IMG/VR virus record: IMGVR_UViG_3300005617_000005
Location: 1-64,000 of that record
Direction: 5' to 3' (one strand)
Length of the DNA stretch: 64,000 nt
From: a virus
Shown here: piece by piece, positions 58,486 through 64,000 of the stretch
Position numbering within the stretch: position 1 is the first letter of the stretch
Layout: every line of letters starts with the position of its first letter
The notes under the pieces: model-generated
Told to the model about the DNA's origin: nothing
What the model saw: only the letters and a program-made list of their open reading frames with translations
The model's database searches: none
Position numbers and translations under genes: made by a program

Positions 58486-60180
58486 ATGAAGAAAAAGAAA
58501 CGCAGGGAACGATCCCGTCGCGAACGCGCTGACACGGCTGACGCGACAGATCGCGTGACGTTCAACCTCACGGAGATGAGGAACGCCGAACGTCTGCTCG
58601 AATTCCGTGGCGATGATCTCCGCTACGTCGGCCCGTGGAAGATGTGGCTCACGTGGGACGGGCGACGCTGGAAACTCGACGAGGATGGGGGCGCGCTCCG
58701 CTACGCAAAGGAAAACGCGCAGGTCATGGCAGCCGAAGCCGACGTCGCGGTGAAGAACGCGCAATCGACCGTCGACGAGGAGATCGAAGAGGACGCCGAA
58801 TCGATCGCGAGCGAAGAGAAGAAGCGCGGTCGACCGCGAAAGCCGAAGGCGTCGACCGAAGCGCTCGGAATGCTCAAGGGCGCGTCCGCCTACAAGAAGT
58901 GGTGCGAGCAGAGCCAGAACTTCCGGAACCTCCAGAGCACGCTCTCCGTTGCGGCGTGCGACAAATCGGTCGCGCTCGTTCACGACCAACTCGACACGCA
59001 CCACTTTCTCTTCAACGTCGAGAACTGGACGATCAACCTGAAGACCGGCAAGAAGCAGCCGCAGTCGCGCGACGATCTCATCACGAAGGTCGCTGCCGTC
59101 GAGTTCCACTCGAAAGCGAAGTGCCCGCTCTGGGACAGGTTCGTGCGCGAGGCAATGGGCGGCGACATGGAGCTCGTCGGGTACCTGAAACGCTTCGTGG
59201 GCTACTCACTGACGGGCTCGACGGAGGAGCAAGCGCTCGTCTTCTTCTGGGGCTCGGGCAACAACGGCAAGAGCACGTTCCTCACGACGCTCTACAAAAT
59301 CTTCGGCGACTACGCCCTACGCGCCGCGCGCGGCATGCTCTTTCGCTCGAAGCACGGCGGCGAGCGCCATCCGACGACGCTCGTCAGCCTCCACGGCAAG
59401 CGCTTCGTGACGTGCAGTGAGATCGACGAGAACCAGGAGCTCGACGAGGGCCTCACGAAAGATCTCACCGGCAGCGATCCCATCAACGCGCGCCGCATGC
59501 GCGAAGACGAGTGGGTGTTCTTGCCGACGCACAAACTCTTTCTCGCCGGCAACCACAAGCCGCGCATCACGGGCACCGACAAAGGGATCTGGCGCCGAAA
59601 CAATCTCGTCCCGTGGACCGTCGCGGTCGCGAAGGACAAGGTGAACAAGAAGCTCGGCGACGAGCTGCTCGAAGAGGCCAGCGGCATCCTCAACTGGTGC
59701 ATCGAGGGCTGCATGGAATGGCAAGAGCGCGGACTTGATCCGCCCGAGGCCGTCATCGAAGCGACGAAGGAGTACCGCAAAGAGCAGGACGTCCTCGGTC
59801 AGTTCTTCGACGAGCGACTCGTGTTCGAGGAGAACGCACTGGCGGCTCGAGCCGACCTGCGAAAGATCTACGAGGACTGGTGCGAGGAGTTTGGCTACTT
59901 GCCCGTCGGCGCGCGGAAGTTCGCGCAGGCGCTCCGCGAGCTGAGCGTCGTTGATGGCTACGTGTGGGATCCGAACAAGGCCCAATCCGTCGACGGCTGG
60001 CGCGGCGTGCGCATCGCGACGAAGGCCGATCGCGCCAAGAAGGAGCTCGAGCGGCGCGGAAAACAGATGTCGAAGAAGGAACGGCGCGCGTTCAAGACGA
60101 TGGTGAAGAAGGCGAATAAAGGAGCAGTGAAGCTTCGGATCGTCCGGAACGACGAAACGAAGTCCCGAGGAGATCGCTAA
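58486..60180 (+). CDS. D5/P4-family primase-associated SF3 helicase
   Basis: WLTWDGRRW D5_N region, GSGNNGKST Walker A, KDLTGSDPINAR, GIWRR. Confidence 0.93.
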   Translation: MKKKKRRERSRRERADTADATDRVTFNLTEMRNAERLLEFRGDDLRYVGPWKMWLTWDGRRWKLDEDGGALRYAKENAQVMAAEADVAVKNAQSTVDEEIEEDAESIASEEKKRGRPRKPKASTEALGMLKGASAYKKWCEQSQNFRNLQSTLSVAACDKSVALVHDQLDTHHFLFNVENWTINLKTGKKQPQSRDDLITKVAAVEFHSKAKCPLWDRFVREAMGGDMELVGYLKRFVGYSLTGSTEEQALVFFWGSGNNGKSTFLTTLYKIFGDYALRAARGMLFRSKHGGERHPTTLVSLHGKRFVTCSEIDENQELDEGLTKDLTGSDPINARRMREDEWVFLPTHKLFLAGNHKPRITGTDKGIWRRNNLVPWTVAVAKDKVNKKLGDELLEEASGILNWCIEGCMEWQERGLDPPEAVIEATKEYRKEQDVLGQFFDERLVFEENALAARADLRKIYEDWCEEFGYLPVGARKFAQALRELSVVDGYVWDPNKAQSVDGWRGVRIATKADRAKKELERRGKQMSKKERRAFKTMVKKANKGAVKLRIVRNDETKSRGDR

Positions 60181-60377
60181 ATTACCGATGTTTTTGGGGT
60201 GCCTCGGGACTTCAGAGGGTTTTCTGGGTTAGCACGCACACGAAACCAAAATAAATACCGATGCAGAATGCACACATGAATATTTCTCGTTTCTACAGAG
60301 CTGATATGCGGATCAAGTCCCGATGTCCCGAGACCCCTCAAAAACACCGAGAATTTGACGATCTCCTCGGGACTTCG
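60158..60377. repeat. 53-bp imperfect inverted repeat (45/53) around an AT-richer spacer; candidate replication origin
   Basis: 60158-60210 matches the reverse complement of 60325-60377. Each arm is itself bounded by GTCCCGAG/CTCGGGAC. Confidence 0.75.
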
Positions 60378-60872
60378 ACATGAGCCGAACGCCTCGAAAG
60401 GTGCTCGCGCGTTGTAAAAGCCTCGTCGGCGCCCGCGTTCGACTCACGCGCGTCGTGACCACGAAGGGCGGAGAGTCGTACGAGATCGGCTCGCTTTGGC
60501 GCGTTTCTTCGACGTGGCGCGGGCGATTCACACTGATCGGCATCACCGCCAACGGCAGCGATCAAATGAAGAACGGCTGCATCGCGCGGTACGTTCGCTG
60601 CGTCGGCGAATACTCCTTCGAGCTCGTTTCATGAAGACGCACGTCTTGGCTCCGCACGGCCGGCACTCGGTGTGCGGCCTTCAGTGGATGCGAATGGGCG
60701 ATCTCTCGAAGGGGCGCTTTGTTGGAGAGAACGCTGCAACCTGCAACCTCTGTCGTCGCGGTCGACAGGGTCAACGCCGAAAAGAGGCGTGTGCTCTTTG
60801 CAACGAACCGAGCAGCGCGCATCCGGTCGGCGAGGGCGTGTTCCAGCATGACTTCAAAGCTAAGGAACCCGA

Positions 60873-61988
60873 ATGAAGCGCGACGCTCTCCGCTACGCCC
60901 GCGAACTCGAGTGGCCGATCTTTCCGATCTACGCCCCGCTCGAAGACGGATCCTGCTCCTGCGGCAAGCGTCACAAATCCGCCGGCAAGCATCCGCGAAC
61001 GTGGCGTGGTGTGAAAGCGGCGACGACGAACGTGAAACAGATCAAGAAGTGGTGGCGCTTGTGGCCTGACGCGAACATCGGTCTGTCGACGGACAACGGT
61101 CTTGTGCTCGACATCGACGGCCCGAAAGGCGAACGCGATCTGCGGCGACTCGAAAAGAAGTACGGCAAGCTCCCAAAGACCGTCGAGGCTGTCACGCGCA
61201 AGGGTCGACATCTGTTCTTCGGCGTTCGCAAACGTGTTCCGTGCGGCACGCACGTGCTCGGCTCTCTACAGATCGACGCGCGCGGCAAGGGCGGCTACGT
61301 GCTCCTCGCGCCGTCGCGGCATGCGAGTGGCTTCTGCTACCGCTGGAAGCGTTCGCCGTTCGATTGCGCTCTGGCGGATGCTCCACGATGGCTGGAGAAG
61401 CGGCTGCGGTGCAATTTCAACAAGCAGACATCGAAGAAGAAGCTCAAGGATCGAAAGGCACTGCGTCTGGGCGCGTCCGGGGCCAGAGATCAATCACGGT
61501 CCGGTGTAGACGCCCGCAACGTGCTCGCGCTGATGCGACAGGGCGCGAGCGACGACGAGGCGCGCGACATGCTGCTCAAGTCGTCGAGCAAAGCGCGTGA
61601 GGAGGGCGATCGCTACATCGATCTCACCATCGAATGGGCTCGCAGCTTCCATCAAGAGGGCTTGGCGCGCGTGCGTGTGCTCTCTGCGCGGATCGAACGC
61701 CTGGGGGCCACTGCGGCGCAGGGCCGACTTGTGCGGATCGTGCTCATCACGACGACGCGCTTCTGGAAGCGCATCAAGTTGCAGGTCGTCGTACCGTCGA
61801 AATCCTACTGCTCGAAGAAGATCAAAGACACGTTTCGCGCGGTCGTCGGCAAGCGCGCAAAGCCCCGTGAATTGCGGCGCTTTGCGCACGGCCGCGACGT
61901 TCTATTTTTGTTCCCTACAGAGCTGCGTTTCGACGTTGCGCGCGATCGTTTCGGCAATGTGCGCTTTGTGCGCGCTCTGGCGCAGTGA
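60873..61988 (+). CDS. Bifunctional primase/polymerase (Prim-Pol) domain protein
   Basis: WPIFP, CSCG...GKHP, WPDANIG, VLDID, GRHLFF, GGYVLLAPSRH. Confidence 0.9.
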   Translation: MKRDALRYARELEWPIFPIYAPLEDGSCSCGKRHKSAGKHPRTWRGVKAATTNVKQIKKWWRLWPDANIGLSTDNGLVLDIDGPKGERDLRRLEKKYGKLPKTVEAVTRKGRHLFFGVRKRVPCGTHVLGSLQIDARGKGGYVLLAPSRHASGFCYRWKRSPFDCALADAPRWLEKRLRCNFNKQTSKKKLKDRKALRLGASGARDQSRSGVDARNVLALMRQGASDDEARDMLLKSSSKAREEGDRYIDLTIEWARSFHQEGLARVRVLSARIERLGATAAQGRLVRIVLITTTRFWKRIKLQVVVPSKSYCSKKIKDTFRAVVGKRAKPRELRRFAHGRDVLFLFPTELRFDVARDRFGNVRFVRALAQ

Positions 61989-62028
61989 TTGCGCCAATCA
62001 TTGGCGCAGAGACCGAAAACAGAAGCAC

Positions 62029-62058
62029 TTGCACACAGTCAAGATCTTGTTGTACATT
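62029..62058 (+). promoter_or_regulatory. Promoter TTGCAC-N18-TACATT (second candidate TTGCCG-N17-TATAAC at 62150-62178)
   Basis: Intergenic, upstream of the AAA/SSB genes; preceded by inverted repeat TGCGCCAAT-C-ATTGGCGCA (61990-62008). Confidence 0.55.
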
Positions 62059-62242
62059 TCATCCTGTCACGGCGACGCCAGTTCTCCTTGGATGGCGAAA
62101 CCTCGAAACGGCCTGCTCACATCCCCGAGCGGGCCGTTTCCCTTTTTGGTTGCCGACAAGTTCACGCCTGAGTATAACGGTGGGGCTCGATCGATTTCAT
62201 TCGTCGATCTAGCGGGGATGACAATGAACAAGGAAAAGGCAC

Positions 62243-62965
62243 ATGGCGCGCGCCGCCAGTGAGCTGAAGCGATCACGTTTCATCAAGGTCTTGCTGATGG
62301 GACCGCCCAAAATCGGCAAGACGACAATGGCCGTCGCCACGGCCCCGAAGCCCGTTCGGTGCTTTCTCTGCGAAAGCGACAGCGCGCTCCATAGCGCGCG
62401 CCGGTACGTCGGCGACAATTTCACGTTCGAGCGCACGCGCACGCACAAACGGATGCTTAGCGCTCTGCACGAAGCGCGCACCGACGTGAAAAAGGGGCGG
62501 CTCAGGACGATTGTGGTCGATCCGCTGTCGCTTCTCGCGGCGAACATCGAGGAGCACTGCCTGAAAGCTCACAACCAGAACACGTACAAGGCGTACCCGA
62601 TGTACGGCCGGCTGATCCGCCAAGTGATCGAGCAACTTCTTGATCTGAAGTGCCACGTCATCGTCGTGACGCACTACATCGAGACTGGCGGCGAGATGCC
62701 TGAGGGCACCGCGCACACGGGTGAAGGCATCGTTCCCATGCTCGCCGGCAAGGCGCGCGCGACGGTCTCTGCGCTCTTCCCGGACGTCGTGTGGATGGAC
62801 TACTACAAGGGCAAGCGCATCTTGGTCACCGGACCGCAAGGAGCCTGGGGACCCGGCTGCCGAAGCACGAACGGCACGCGGGTCATCCCCGCGGACATAG
62901 AGCTCGATGAGGGCCGCATTGGTGTGCGCGCTCTCATTCGCGAGTTCCGCTCGACGAAAAATTAG
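62243..62965 (+). CDS. AAA_24/Sak4-like recombination ATPase
   Basis: LMGPPKIGKT, TIVVDPLS, HVIVVTH; sits next to an SSB-like gene. Confidence 0.8.
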   Translation: MARAASELKRSRFIKVLLMGPPKIGKTTMAVATAPKPVRCFLCESDSALHSARRYVGDNFTFERTRTHKRMLSALHEARTDVKKGRLRTIVVDPLSLLAANIEEHCLKAHNQNTYKAYPMYGRLIRQVIEQLLDLKCHVIVVTHYIETGGEMPEGTAHTGEGIVPMLAGKARATVSALFPDVVWMDYYKGKRILVTGPQGAWGPGCRSTNGTRVIPADIELDEGRIGVRALIREFRSTKN

Positions 62966-63051
62966 CTCGCCTCGTCAACGAGCAGAAAGACACCGCGGCT
63001 GCCTGAAGGGCCGTTGTGATTGCAATCACGTCACGCAAGGAGAATCGAACA

Positions 63052-63762
<711 letters not shown>

Positions 63763-63774
63763 TCGTCACGGGCT

Positions 63775-63798
63775 CGAGTGCCGCTTCGGCGGCGCTCG
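63775..63798 (+). terminator. UUCG-capped hairpin after the SSB-like gene
   Basis: CGAGTGCCGC-TTCG-GCGGCGCTCG; no U tract. Confidence 0.4.
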
Positions 63799-64000
63799 CA
63801 GCTCGAACGATGCGCACGTCAACCTGGAGGGCAACGGCCCCTCGAAAGAGGATGTGAATCCTCCGGGTCAATGCGTGCGCATCGTTCGAGGTGCGAGGGA
63901 TGAAGAAAGAATCGTGTTTGCCGGCCGTGAAGTGGGCAGGAGGAAAGCGTCGGCTTCTGCCGGAGCTACTCAAGTACGTGCCGAAGAAAATCGACATGTA

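Noticed and set aside
62243-62965. Genome packaging ATPase
   Set aside because: Motifs and the neighbouring SSB-like gene fit an AAA_24/Sak4 recombination ATPase.

Overview
This GC-rich, gene-dense 64 kb window reads as an internal segment of a large temperate bacterial virus. A DAG-repeat Cys-rich lipoprotein suggests a Myxococcota-like host (inference). Layout: (1) about 0-15.2 kb is a virion module with many small membrane proteins, a transglutaminase-like Cys protease, a very basic core-like protein and three capsid-like proteins; (2) 15-23.7 kb holds accessory genes (two GroES-like genes, DUF2829/Tad2-like, KGG protein, dual-specificity phosphatase, fibre-like proteins, SGNH hydrolase); (3) a tyrosine recombinase is followed by a rightward operon of small genes, a C5 methyltransferase, NUDIX, and Dda/RecD-like and SNF2 helicases; (4) 41.8-53 kb holds spike/fibre and lysis genes (GH25 endolysin); (5) a leftward regulatory/nuclease operon precedes a replication module (D5 primase-helicase, ori-like inverted repeat, Prim-Pol, AAA ATPase, SSB-like). 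I see no terminase, portal, HK97 capsid or tape measure, and no packaging ATPase. A tailless, membrane-containing virion is my inference, not a proven fact. The most notable signals are: a dense G-[LVIF]-G motif plus shared leader peptides marking virion proteins beside a protease (candidate maturation system); Arg-rich-NP-transmembrane leaders; a pervasive TANNNT-N6/7-start leaderless promoter architecture; a covarying RNA hairpin pair bracketing the putative capsid gene; and a tRNA top-half minihelix. All family calls come from motif recognition by eye, without database searches.
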